This document shows, piece by piece, positions 8,975-18,865 of a DNA stretch of 64,000 nt. The notes under the pieces are model-generated. The model did not search any database. It saw only the letters and a program-made list of their open reading frames with translations, and had not been told where the DNA came from. This stretch comes from Candidatus Aminicenantales bacterium (GTDB lineage: Bacteria > Acidobacteriota > Aminicenantia > Aminicenantales > UBA4085). The stretch spans positions 1-64,000 of the forward strand of contig JBEKTZ010000011.1 of assembly GCA_049515535.1 (NCBI GenBank), in the 5' to 3' direction. How positions within the stretch are numbered: the stretch's first letter is position 1; each line of letters begins with the position of its first letter. The position numbers were made by a program, and so were the translations under genes.

Positions 8975-11413
8975 CTACTGGGGGAAGTTCATCCTGCGCA
9001 GCAGCGCCTGAAAGCGCGGGTCGGAGCGGAAGGGGTCGAATTGAGGCATCACCTTCATCTGGCACATGTATGTCGTCCGATCCTCATAGCCCCTTTCCAA
9101 CTCTTTGAAGCCCTCCTCCCTTTTATCCTCCATGTACAAAAGAATGAAGGCCAGGGAGGTTGGGGGGACGTATCTGCGTTTCGATAACTCCTGCAGGTCA
9201 GCCAATATCTTCAAGGCCTCGCTCCGCTTGCCTTCTTGCGAATAGGCGATGCCAACACCTGCAATATATCGCGGGCTGCTTGGTTCAAGGGCCAGCGCTT
9301 TTTTCATTTGGGCTACAACATCCCCCAGCGTCGGTTTCGCCTGATAAACCCCTCCGAGGAGCCAATGAGCAAAAGCAAAATTCGGCTCCATCTCCAACGT
9401 TGCGGTCAGCTGTTTGACCGCCTGTTCAAACTGGCGGGCAAAAGCGTAGTGAACGCCCATCATGGCATTGATTTCGAGCGACGTCGGCTCGATTTCCCGC
9501 GCTCGACTACATTCCAGCAGGCCCTCTTCAAACCGTCCCATGCAATCCAGGTACTGGCCGTAATACATGTGAATATATGCAATGTTCGGATTCAGTGCGA
9601 TGGCGCACTTGAATTCCTTCTCCGCTTCCTGCCAATTCCAGTCGTAGTACGCGGCGGTAAACGCTCGGACGGCATGGGCATCAGCGAGGCTATCATCCAA
9701 GGCGAGAGCATCTTGCGCTGCTCTTATCGCCTGGGGGAAGGTATCTCGCGGCGCAAGATAGCCCAGATTGCTGAGGTTGGCATAGAAGTTGGCCAATCCG
9801 GCGTGGGCCAAGGCAAACCCCGGATCCTTTTCGATGGCTTGATTGAAAAACTGAATAGCTCGGCGGAACGCTTCCTCCGTCATCTTTTTCCCATAGTACA
9901 GCCCCTTCAGGTTGAGCTGATAGGCCTCCGTGCTCTCGGTATAACGCTTGGTCAGCAGCTTCCGCTCTGCGCCCGTCAGCTGCAAGCGCAACTTATCTGA
10001 TATTTCAGTCGCGATTTCCTCCTGCACGGCCTGAATGTCCGCGAGCTTTCGATTGTACTGCGCTCCCCAGAGTTGCGAGACCTTCTGCACATCCACCAGT
10101 TCGGTCCGGACATCCAGGCTCTCGCCCCGCTGAATCACCCTCCCCATCAGGATCGAACGGACCTTGAGCTCCTTGCCTGCCTTTTGGGCATCAACGTCCT
10201 TTCCCTTGTAGCGAAAGGCCATGTTGCGGGGCACGACTCTCAGGTTGGACAATTGAGCGAGGCTGTTGATCAGGCTCTCGGGAATGCCGTCGCTGAGGTA
10301 CTCCGTATTGGGGTCGCCGCTCACATTGACGAAGGGCAGAACCGCAATCGAATCGACGGCCTCCTTTTCACGACGGGGCCTGTCGGTTTTTCCTTCTTTG
10401 ACCGTAGCGCCCTTTGTATTGGCTGTCTTTGTTCGGGGAATCACCCTTGCCCCTGTCGGTCCTTCATGTTCGATCGTAGCGAGCCCCGCTTTGAGCTCAT
10501 CTGCGCTTTTGTAGCGGTTCTCCCTGGCTTTTTCCAGGCATTTCAGGATCACCCGGCTGAGGTCTTCGGGGACCTGAGCATTAAGTTCGCCAGGATCCCT
10601 GGGAATTTCGCTCTTCTGCTTTATCCCAACCGCAAACGGCGTGTCCCCTTCGAACGGCAATTGGCCCGTGACCATCTCGTAGAGGATGATCCCGAGCGAG
10701 TAGATGTCCGACCGCGGGTCGACATTCTTCCCTTCGACTTGCTCGGGGCTCATGTACTCCGGCGTCCCGATCATCATCCCGGCGCCCGTGATCCCCTTCC
10801 CCGCCAGCGAACGGGCGATCCCGAAATCCATGATCCTGGCATTCCCCTCTTTATCGATCATGATATTGCTGGGTTTAAGGTCCCGATGAACGATCCCAAC
10901 CCGGTGGGCCTCGGCTAGCCCGTCGCAAACCTGCTTGGCGATCGAAATCGCGGTCCCGATCGCTAATTGCCGCGACTGGCGGATCAGCCCCTTCAGATCC
11001 TGGCCGGGGATGTATTCCATGGTGATGAAATGCGTTCCGCCGTCCTCCATCAGCTCGTACATCTTCCCGACGTTACGATGGCCGATCTTGCGGGCCAGCT
11101 TGAGCTCGTTGCTGAAGCGTTCGACCGACTTCTTGTCCAAAGCGATCTCGGGTTTTATGAGCTTGAGGGCAACTTCCTCGTTGAGTTTCTTGTCGACGAC
11201 CCGATAGACTTTACCCATGCCGCCGTGGCCGAGCTCCTCGATGATCTGATAGCGGCCGGCGAAGGTCGAGCCCGTGGCGAATTCCTTGATAGGCGATTGA
11301 AGTGTTTCCGTGGCCTCTGGATGGAGATCCTTAGAAGGAGGAAGTGGTGTCGCGCATTCTTTGCAAAATTTTGAGTCAGAGGGATTATCGGTCTGGCACG
11401 TCGGGCATTTCAT
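8975..11413 (-). CDS. Ser/Thr protein kinase with N-terminal zinc ribbon, TolB-N-like domain and TPR repeats
   Basis: MKCPTC...FCKEC; GHGGMGKV, VALK, HRDLKPSN, DFG, YMSPEQ; SIAVLPFVNVS; TPRs. Start placed at ATG 11413. Confidence 0.92.
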   Translation of the reverse strand: MKCPTCQTDNPSDSKFCKECATPLPPSKDLHPEATETLQSPIKEFATGSTFAGRYQIIEELGHGGMGKVYRVVDKKLNEEVALKLIKPEIALDKKSVERFSNELKLARKIGHRNVGKMYELMEDGGTHFITMEYIPGQDLKGLIRQSRQLAIGTAISIAKQVCDGLAEAHRVGIVHRDLKPSNIMIDKEGNARIMDFGIARSLAGKGITGAGMMIGTPEYMSPEQVEGKNVDPRSDIYSLGIILYEMVTGQLPFEGDTPFAVGIKQKSEIPRDPGELNAQVPEDLSRVILKCLEKARENRYKSADELKAGLATIEHEGPTGARVIPRTKTANTKGATVKEGKTDRPRREKEAVDSIAVLPFVNVSGDPNTEYLSDGIPESLINSLAQLSNLRVVPRNMAFRYKGKDVDAQKAGKELKVRSILMGRVIQRGESLDVRTELVDVQKVSQLWGAQYNRKLADIQAVQEEIATEISDKLRLQLTGAERKLLTKRYTESTEAYQLNLKGLYYGKKMTEEAFRRAIQFFNQAIEKDPGFALAHAGLANFYANLSNLGYLAPRDTFPQAIRAAQDALALDDSLADAHAVRAFTAAYYDWNWQEAEKEFKCAIALNPNIAYIHMYYGQYLDCMGRFEEGLLECSRAREIEPTSLEINAMMGVHYAFARQFEQAVKQLTATLEMEPNFAFAHWLLGGVYQAKPTLGDVVAQMKKALALEPSSPRYIAGVGIAYSQEGKRSEALKILADLQELSKRRYVPPTSLAFILLYMEDKREEGFKELERGYEDRTTYMCQMKVMPQFDPFRSDPRFQALLRRMNFPQ

Positions 11414-11656
11414 CGCTCTTTTCTCCCTTTCTGGGTAAAAGAATAACACCAGGAGAGGAAGCCGTCAAATGCCGTGGCAGACCTCTCCCTTGGGGCCTAT
11501 TACGTCACTTTTATGCCACCTTTTTGCGCAACTCTCCGGACATTACTACGGGGAGCAGCAAATATGTTACATAATCCTTACTGCTCCCCGAGTACTAGCC
11601 AGGCGACAAAGACATCCGGGGTCAATTATATTCCGCCCGGCTTAGTAAGTAACCCA

Positions 11657-11694
11657 AATGTTCCGGTATGAATAATTTGTGAATATTCATGGGG
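11657..11694. repeat. Conserved cassette end motif (copy 2 of 8544-8581)
   Basis: Offset from copy 1 is 3113 nt, identical to the offset between the two tRNA-half repeats. Confidence 0.85.
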
Positions 11695-11805
11695 GCCTCA
11701 TAGGGGCTATGAGGGGCTTATCGGGGCCAAAATGAATACAAAAATGAATCGATTAAAATACAATTTGCTGATTCTAAGGAAAATGCCTTAATGCGTGATT
11801 TCGGT

Positions 11806-11844
11806 TTTGAAGTCCAAAGGGGCCACCAGACCCCATGCCCTCCC
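11806..11844 (-). repeat. 5' half of tRNA-Sec at the presumed ancestral selC position, directly after selB
   Basis: Matches 5611-5649 with one mismatch and begins 7 nt after the selB stop codon. Confidence 0.92.
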
Positions 11845-11851
11845 AGCCGCG

Positions 11852-13765
11852 TTATTTTAGCACATGTTTATCGCCGAGTCTTTTCGTCAGGCCCGTCCTG
11901 TCGAAATATTCGAGAAGGGCGCAGGCGTACTTGCGTGACAAGCGCAGCCTGTCGCGAAGCTCGGCGATCGTGATCTCGCGTTTTTTCCGCAGATGGTCCA
12001 GGACCGCCTCACGCGCTTTCTCGAAAAACTCCCGGTGATACGTCACCCGGGGATCGATCCGGACGAGTCTCCCCTGCTGGACGAGCGCATGCATCAGCCT
12101 CTTGAAAACGGTGGGCGTGAGCCGGAGCTCGCGGCAGACGTCGTCTTCGAGCGGCGTCTCGAATCGCGCTCCGCGAAAAACGCTCTCGATGCGGTCCGCG
12201 AGCGCCTGTTCGTTCGACGACGTCTTGACCTCGCGGCCGGGGAGTTCGATCGCATGGTCTTTCCGGGCCAACGCTTTCTTCTCCAAAAGCCCGTCCAGGA
12301 CCCATTTGAACAAAGGCTCGCCCGCCCCTTGAACAAAATGCGCGCGAAGATCCGCCAACGGCATGTCGGGCCGGGACGGATTCGCCTTGAAATATTGGCG
12401 GACGGAGGCCAGCATCTTCTCGCTCAAGCGATCGCTTTCCTCCTCGAGAACGTATTCTTCCTTTTCCGCGGGAAGCGGGATGAGCCTCCCGGCCTCGCCG
12501 AGCATTTTTACGGCATCCCGGATTTCTCTGACGTGGATGCCGAGCTCCCGGGAGATCTCCGCCGGCGCCAGAGGCTTCGGCGCGTATTTTTTAAATGTCT
12601 GTTCGACGACGTCATCGAGCGTTCCCTCGAGCTTTTTCATCGCCTCCTGCGCCTTCGGATCGAAGCGCTTGTGGCGGGCCGGCGTCGTGTCGAGGATTTC
12701 CCCTCCCCCGATCGTTACGATGGGCGAAAACGCGCGGATGATGAAACGGTCTTTGAACAAGGCGGCCGTCGGAGATTCCAGGACGAATTGGACCAGAACG
12801 GATTCGCCGGGAAAGGCTTTTTCTTTTTCGAGGAGGATGACCCGGGCGATGACTTCGTCCGTGCCGACGTGGAGGCGGACGCGGTCGCGCGTCTTGATCT
12901 CCTTCGCCCCGTCTTCGAGAAGGCGGAGCCGCGCGTCGATGCGCGTCGCGGGAGCGAGAAAACCCGGCGTCGCCGCGCACTGCCCCCGTCGCAATGACTC
13001 CTTGTCGATATCGTGAAGGTTAAGGGCGGTCCGCCGGCCGATTTCCGAGCGATCGCGCTTTTCCTTGTGGACCTGGATGCCGCGGACCCGGGCCGTCGCT
13101 TTTTCCGGCAGGATCTCGACGCTGTCCCCGACCTTGATCTCGCCCGACAGGATCGTTCCGGCGATGACCGTTCCGAAGCCGTGCATGGTGAAGACGCGGT
13201 CGATCGGCATCCTAAAAAACCCGGAGTCCGGTCGCCCGGCCACGCGGCGCCCGAGCTCCATGAGGGCCGACCGGATCGCGTCCAGGCCAGCGCCCGTCAC
13301 GGCCGAGACCGGGAGGACCGGGGCGGCTTCGAGAAACGTCCCAGCCGTGAAATTCCGGACCTCGGATTCGAGTTCGAGGAGTCGGGCCTCGTCCACGAGA
13401 TCGGACTTGGTCAGCGCGACGAGGCCTTCGCGGATACCCAGGAGCTTGAGAATGTCGAAATGCTCGCGCGTCTGGACCGAGATGCCTTCATCGGCGGCGA
13501 TGATGAACAGCGCCGCGTCGACGTGGCTCGCGCCGGCGACCATGGTCTTGACGAATTTCTCGTGGCCCGGAACGTCGATGAACACGATCTGCTTTTCATA
13601 GCCGGGAACGTCCATGAAGACGAAGCCCAGCTCGATCGTCATGCCGCGCTCTTTTTCCTCGGGGAGGGCGTCCGGATCGATTCCGGTCAGGGCCTTGACA
13701 AGCGCGCTTTTGCCGTGGTCGATGTGGCCGGCCGTGCCGACGATGACGTGCTCTTTTTCGGTCAT
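11852..13765 (-). CDS. selB: Selenocysteine-specific elongation factor
   Basis: [32 protein letters not shown]-terminal winged-helix region with SRKYA..LLEYFD. Confidence 0.96.
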   Translation of the reverse strand: MTEKEHVIVGTAGHIDHGKSALVKALTGIDPDALPEEKERGMTIELGFVFMDVPGYEKQIVFIDVPGHEKFVKTMVAGASHVDAALFIIAADEGISVQTREHFDILKLLGIREGLVALTKSDLVDEARLLELESEVRNFTAGTFLEAAPVLPVSAVTGAGLDAIRSALMELGRRVAGRPDSGFFRMPIDRVFTMHGFGTVIAGTILSGEIKVGDSVEILPEKATARVRGIQVHKEKRDRSEIGRRTALNLHDIDKESLRRGQCAATPGFLAPATRIDARLRLLEDGAKEIKTRDRVRLHVGTDEVIARVILLEKEKAFPGESVLVQFVLESPTAALFKDRFIIRAFSPIVTIGGGEILDTTPARHKRFDPKAQEAMKKLEGTLDDVVEQTFKKYAPKPLAPAEISRELGIHVREIRDAVKMLGEAGRLIPLPAEKEEYVLEEESDRLSEKMLASVRQYFKANPSRPDMPLADLRAHFVQGAGEPLFKWVLDGLLEKKALARKDHAIELPGREVKTSSNEQALADRIESVFRGARFETPLEDDVCRELRLTPTVFKRLMHALVQQGRLVRIDPRVTYHREFFEKAREAVLDHLRKKREITIAELRDRLRLSRKYACALLEYFDRTGLTKRLGDKHVLK

Positions 13766-14955
13766 GCTTTTTTCAGGACGATTTTTCCCTTGGATTTGCC
13801 GACGATCCGTCCGATCACGGCGGCCTTTCCGGCCCCCTTTTTCTTCAGCTCTTTGAGAACGGCGCCGGCCTTCGCCGCGGGCACGCAGAGGAGAAGTCCG
13901 CCCGAAGTCTGCGGATCATAGAAGACCGCTTCGAGCGCCTCGCCGATGCCCGCGCTTTTCTCCACGAATTTCGCGGCGTATTCCATATTGCGTTCGATGC
14001 CGCCGGAGATCATCCCCTTCCTGAGACAGTCCATGACGCCGCTGAAGACGGGCACGGCGCCGGCGCGGACTTCGGCCGTGACGCCGCTCTGGACGACGAT
14101 TTCGCTCAGATGACCCATCAGCCCGAATCCCGTGACGTCCGTCGCGCAGCGCACGCCGGCCCTGATCGCGATCTCGGCGGCCGCTTTATTGAGCGCGGCC
14201 ATGGACCCGGCGATCTCGGCCAGCCATAGTTTCTTCGCTTTGTCGAGCTGCGCGGCGAAGCCGATGACTCCTGTTCCGATCGGTTTCGTGAGGATGAGGA
14301 CGTCGCCCGGCCTGGCTTTGTCGTTCGTAATGATCCTCCGCGGATGAACGACGCCGGTCACCGCGAAGCCGAATTTGATCTCCTTGTCCTTGATGCTGTG
14401 GCCGCCGATAACGACCGTCCCCGCCTCGCGCAGCTTGTCGATCCCGCCCTGGAGCATCCGGTTCATGATCCGCGGGCTGAGCTTTTCGATCGGAAAGGCG
14501 ACGATGGCAAGGGCGGTCAAAGGCGTCCCGCCCATAGCGTAGATGTCGCTCACGCAATTGGCCGCGGCGATCTGGCCGAAGACGTAGGCGTCGTCCACGC
14601 AGGGGGTAAAAACGTCCACGGTCTGGACGAGCGCAAGCTCTTCGTTCAATCGATAGACGCCCGCGTCGTCGCCCGTGTCGGCGCTGACGAGGACGTTGGG
14701 ATCGAAAACGCGGGGAAGCCCGGTCAGGGCCTTTTTGAGATCTTCCTGGCCGATTTTGGAGGCGCAGCCGACGTTCTCCACGAACCGCGTCAGCCGCGCG
14801 TCCTCGGCCGTGTCGTCCTCGCGCTCGCCGGAACAGAGACAGACGTTTTTCCGTTTGAAAAGATCGCAGGGACAAGGCTCCTTGGGATTGCAGACGCAGT
14901 GGCCGAGCTTGATCGACCGGCCCATGATCCTTCTGCGTTTGGCGTAATCGATCAT
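13762..14955 (-). CDS. selD: Selenide, water dikinase (Cys form) with an N-terminal Cys-rich extension
   Basis: GCASKI active-site motif, [42 protein letters not shown]. Confidence 0.95.
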   Translation of the reverse strand: MIDYAKRRRIMGRSIKLGHCVCNPKEPCPCDLFKRKNVCLCSGEREDDTAEDARLTRFVENVGCASKIGQEDLKKALTGLPRVFDPNVLVSADTGDDAGVYRLNEELALVQTVDVFTPCVDDAYVFGQIAAANCVSDIYAMGGTPLTALAIVAFPIEKLSPRIMNRMLQGGIDKLREAGTVVIGGHSIKDKEIKFGFAVTGVVHPRRIITNDKARPGDVLILTKPIGTGVIGFAAQLDKAKKLWLAEIAGSMAALNKAAAEIAIRAGVRCATDVTGFGLMGHLSEIVVQSGVTAEVRAGAVPVFSGVMDCLRKGMISGGIERNMEYAAKFVEKSAGIGEALEAVFYDPQTSGGLLLCVPAAKAGAVLKELKKKGAGKAAVIGRIVGKSKGKIVLKKA

Positions 14956-16361
14956 GATGGAAGGAACAGCCCTTCAATCGCCTCTTTCACGATCTCGTCT
15001 TCATCCGGCTGGATGGTCCGGAAATCGAACAGCACGGCATCTTTGTGAATTCTGGAAAAAATCCGCGGCTTATGAAGCCGCAGCGCTCTTCCGATATCGT
15101 CCGGGCCCAGCGAAGCGGAGGCGATCGCCAGCATTTTTGTCGGGATGGTCTCAACGGGGACTGAGCCGCTCCCGACCTGAGATCCGCCGTCCACGACGCT
15201 CACCCGGACGTCGGCCGGAAGGCTCTTTTTCAATCTCCGCTCGACGCGCCGGGCCCTTTGTTGAAGCTCTTCCACGGTCCATGAGAGCATGCGATAAAGC
15301 GGATGCCGCTCTTTGAGCAAGTCGGGCGCCAGAAAAAGCTTCAGCGTGGCTTCCATGGCGGCAATGGTCAGCTTGCCGCAGCGAAAAGCGCGGGCCAGCG
15401 GGTCCTTCTTGACGCGGTCGACGTATTCGGCCTTTCCGACGATGAGTCCGGACTGCGGGCCGCCGATGAGCTTGTCGCCGCTGAAGCAGGCCGCGACCAC
15501 TCCCGCCTGGACGCTGCGCCGGACCATCGGCTCTGTGGCGAGGCCGAATTCCCGAAGATCGACGAGAGCGCCGCTCCCCAAATCGTCGATGACGGGAATG
15601 TCGTGCTTGGCCCCGAGCTCGACGAGTTCTTCGATTTCGGGCTCTTCGTGGAAGCCGACGATCCTGTAGTTGCTGTGATGGACGCGGAGGATGGCGCCTG
15701 TCTGGCCGCTAATGGCGGCGGCGTAATCGCGCAGGTGCGTTTTGTTCGTCGTTCCGACTTCGCGCAGGACGGCGCCGCTCGCGCTCATGACGTCGGGCAT
15801 GCGGAACGAGCCGCCGATCTCCACGAGCTGGCCCCGCGAGACGATGACGTCTTTCCCGCGGGCGAGCGCGTGAAGGACGAGGACCGTGGCCGCGGCGTTG
15901 TTGTTGACCAAGGTCGCGGCTTCGGCTCCGGTCAGTTCGGCGAGCAGGCGGCTGACGCGGAAATCGCGCTGGCCGCGCCGCCCCGTCTCGAGGTCAAGGG
16001 CGAGTGTGCAGTAGCCGCGCGAGGCTTCATCGAGCGCCTGCCGGGCCGCCTCGGGAAGCACGGCCCGGCCCAATCCGGAATGCATGAGGATGCCGGTCGC
16101 GTTCACGGCTTTTTCGAGGGCGAACGAGAATTTTTCGTTCAATCGATCTTCGATCCGGCGAAATAGGCTCTCCTGCGAAAAAGCTCCATCTCCGGGCGCA
16201 AGGCTTTTTTCGCTAAGGATCTCGTCCCGGAACTCATCCAGCGCGGCGCGACAGGTTTTTAGAAAAGCGTCCCGGCCGAATCGGCCGATGAGCTTTTGGC
16301 CGGCTTCAGCGGAGAGCAAGGAATCGATCGAAGGGATTTGACGGAGCCGAGTCTCTTTCAT
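14952..16361 (-). CDS. selA: L-seryl-tRNA(Sec) selenium transferase
   Basis: NATG...LGRA, VNNNAAA, SRGQLVEIGGSFRMP, EVGTTNKT, FSGDKLIGGPQ. Confidence 0.96.
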   Translation of the reverse strand: MKETRLRQIPSIDSLLSAEAGQKLIGRFGRDAFLKTCRAALDEFRDEILSEKSLAPGDGAFSQESLFRRIEDRLNEKFSFALEKAVNATGILMHSGLGRAVLPEAARQALDEASRGYCTLALDLETGRRGQRDFRVSRLLAELTGAEAATLVNNNAAATVLVLHALARGKDVIVSRGQLVEIGGSFRMPDVMSASGAVLREVGTTNKTHLRDYAAAISGQTGAILRVHHSNYRIVGFHEEPEIEELVELGAKHDIPVIDDLGSGALVDLREFGLATEPMVRRSVQAGVVAACFSGDKLIGGPQSGLIVGKAEYVDRVKKDPLARAFRCGKLTIAAMEATLKLFLAPDLLKERHPLYRMLSWTVEELQQRARRVERRLKKSLPADVRVSVVDGGSQVGSGSVPVETIPTKMLAIASASLGPDDIGRALRLHKPRIFSRIHKDAVLFDFRTIQPDEDEIVKEAIEGLFLPS

Positions 16362-16474
16362 GGGCGCCCTCGCGTGATGGTAATTTTAACATAATATTTT
16401 TTCTTTTCTTCCAATATTTTATTCTATAAACTGTCTAATACAGCGAAATCACTCCTTTCCACGGAGGTCGGACC

Positions 16475-18061
16475 ATGAAGCGTCGGGATTTCTTCGATAC
16501 CCTCGGCAAAGGCGCGGCCGCCGCTTTTCTTGCCCGCGGCGAGTTATGGCGGATCGCCCGCACGGCGGAAAAAAGCGCGCCGGCCGGGAAAACCAACATC
16601 GTTCTCATCCTGGCCGACGACCTCGGCTATGCCGGCGTCGGCGTCCAGGGATGCACCGACATTCCTACGCCGGCCGTCGACTCCATCGCCCATAACGGGG
16701 TTCGGTTCACCCACGGCTACGTCTCGGCTCCGCTCTGCTCTCCGACGCGCGCCGGGCTCATGACCGGCCGCTATCAGCAGCGCTTCGGCCACGAGACCAA
16801 TCCCGGCTCGATCATCCAAGCGCCGCCGGATTTCGGCCTCCCTCTCGATGAGACCACGATTGCCGAGCGGCTGAAGAAGCTCGGGTACGTCACGGGCATG
16901 TTCGGAAAATGGCACCTTGGATTCAAACCCCAATTTCATCCGACGAAGCGCGGTTTCGACGAATTCTACGGCTTTTTGGGCGGCGCTCACTCCTACATTC
17001 CCGGTAGCCGCCAGATGAACGACGGCTCCATCCAGCGCGGCACGGAGACCGTCGTCGAAAAAGAATATCTGACCGACGCCTTGGCCCGCGAAACCCTATC
17101 GTTCATCGACCGCCACAAGAGCGAGCCGTTTTTCGTCTATCTCCCCTTCAACGCCGTCCACGCGCCCATGGAAGCCGATCAGAAATATCTCGACCGGTTC
17201 AAGGATATCAAGAACGACTTGCGCCGGACGCACGCGGCCATGCTTTCGGCCATGGACGACGCGATCGGCCGGGTCCTGGCGAAGCTCCGCGAACTCAATC
17301 TCGAGGAAAAAACCCTCGTCATCTTTCTTAGCGACAACGGCGGGCCCACCCCGCAGACGACCACGTCGAATGTCCCGCTCCGCGGCTTCAAAGCCCAGGC
17401 GCTCGAGGGCGGCATCCGTATCCCGTACATGATACAGTGGAAAGGGACGCTGCCCGCGGGAAAAGTGGACGACCGGCCCGTGATCTCTCTCGACCTCCAT
17501 CCGACCGTTGTCGCCGCGGCCGGCGCCGCGATCGATCCCGCATGGAAGCTCGACGGCGTCGACCTCATCCCCTTCCTGACCGGGGCAAAAACCGGAACGC
17601 CTCACGAAACGCTCTATTGGCGGATGTTCGCCAATCAAAGGGCGGTCCGGCACGGCAACCTCAAGCTCGTCTGGTCGGGACCGGCCGAGCAGGGCGGTCT
17701 CTACGACGTCGTCAACGATCCGGGCGAAAGCAGAAATTTAGCGAAGGACCGGCCCGAGGACGTGAAAAAGCTCCAGGCGCTCTATGACGCTTGGAACGCC
17801 GAGCTGGCCAAGCCGAAATGGGGACCCGCCCCCCTAGCCAAGCTCAATCTCAATCAGCTCACGCCGCAACAGCGGGCCGCGCTTCCGCAGCCAGGTCAGG
17901 AAAAGGCCTGGTTCGATCGTCTCGACAAGAACAAGGACGGCAAGCTTACGCCTGAGGAATTCCCCCGGCCGCGCATCTTCCAAATGATCGATACGAATCG
18001 CGACGGCACCCTTACATTCGACGAAGTGCTGAAATTCCTGGAGACGCTTCGAAAACTCTAG
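16475..18061 (+). CDS. Tat-exported arylsulfatase-like protein with C-terminal EF-hands
   Basis: KRRDFF Tat motif; LADDLG, CSPTRAGLMTGR and GKWHLG; EF-hand loops DKNKDGKLTPEE and DTNRDGTLTFDE. Confidence 0.9.
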   Translation: MKRRDFFDTLGKGAAAAFLARGELWRIARTAEKSAPAGKTNIVLILADDLGYAGVGVQGCTDIPTPAVDSIAHNGVRFTHGYVSAPLCSPTRAGLMTGRYQQRFGHETNPGSIIQAPPDFGLPLDETTIAERLKKLGYVTGMFGKWHLGFKPQFHPTKRGFDEFYGFLGGAHSYIPGSRQMNDGSIQRGTETVVEKEYLTDALARETLSFIDRHKSEPFFVYLPFNAVHAPMEADQKYLDRFKDIKNDLRRTHAAMLSAMDDAIGRVLAKLRELNLEEKTLVIFLSDNGGPTPQTTTSNVPLRGFKAQALEGGIRIPYMIQWKGTLPAGKVDDRPVISLDLHPTVVAAAGAAIDPAWKLDGVDLIPFLTGAKTGTPHETLYWRMFANQRAVRHGNLKLVWSGPAEQGGLYDVVNDPGESRNLAKDRPEDVKKLQALYDAWNAELAKPKWGPAPLAKLNLNQLTPQQRAALPQPGQEKAWFDRLDKNKDGKLTPEEFPRPRIFQMIDTNRDGTLTFDEVLKFLETLRKL

Positions 18062-18099
18062 ACATTCGGCGACAGGCCCATGCCTGTCACCGGACTTTT

Positions 18100-18639
18100 T
18101 CAACGCCCGGCGCAGCCTTGATCGGTCTTGACCAATTTTCCGACGTCGAACCCTTTATCTTCGCAACGTTTGACGATCTCCCGGTAGAACCCCTCGTCCA
18201 GTTGCGGAGTCCGGGCGAGAATCCACAGGTATTTTCTGTCGGGCGCCCCGACCACGGCATAGCTGTAATCCTCGGCCAGGTCGATGATCCAGTAATCGCC
18301 CCGGAACGGCCAGAAAAATTGCACCCGCAGCTTGGCGTTGTTACTGTTCTCGACGACGAACGCTTTGCCGTTGGCCACATTCGGCTTCCCGTCGGGGCCG
18401 TTCTTCCGGCAGGTGTTGACGACCCGGACATAGCCCTTGTCCGTCATCTCATATTCCGCGGTCGTGCAGTGGCAGCCCTTCTCGAATCTCTGGGGAAAAG
18501 CGGAGATCTCGTACCACTTGCCCATGTATTTCCGGAGATCGACGGACGGCACGGTCGCCAGGGGCTTGTCCGTTGCCGCCGGCGATTTGGTCATCCCGAA
18601 TGCCCCGATGACGATGAAAGCGAAAATAAGGTTCCTCAT
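18100..18639 (-). CDS. Bacterial lipocalin (Blc-like)
   Basis: VDLRKYMGKWYEI and LRVQFFWPFRGDYWII..DYSYAVVG..DRKYLWILAR. Confidence 0.9.
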   Translation of the reverse strand: MRNLIFAFIVIGAFGMTKSPAATDKPLATVPSVDLRKYMGKWYEISAFPQRFEKGCHCTTAEYEMTDKGYVRVVNTCRKNGPDGKPNVANGKAFVVENSNNAKLRVQFFWPFRGDYWIIDLAEDYSYAVVGAPDRKYLWILARTPQLDEGFYREIVKRCEDKGFDVGKLVKTDQGCAGR

Positions 18640-18865
18640 GCGCCCATTATCGCCCAACGGGCCCGGCGATACAACAATAAAGCCATATGGCCCGGGCGCG
18701 AGCGCCGCGCATTTTCTAAACTGGGGTCGCGTCTACACTTTACACTTTTATTGAAGCTGCACCATCACGAACGGAAAAAGTGTAAAGTGTAGACGCGACC
18801 CCAACGTGCCCTCTTCTTGACTTTAGCGATAGCCCTATATATAAAACTTGGGAAGGTGTGACGAC

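Larger units (their letters stand above)
8693..11805. mobile_element. Cassette B (3113 bp), an integrase-less element inserted at the selC anticodon loop
   Basis: Bounded by tRNA-Sec 5'-half repeats (8693, 11806); same architecture as cassette A. Confidence 0.7.
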
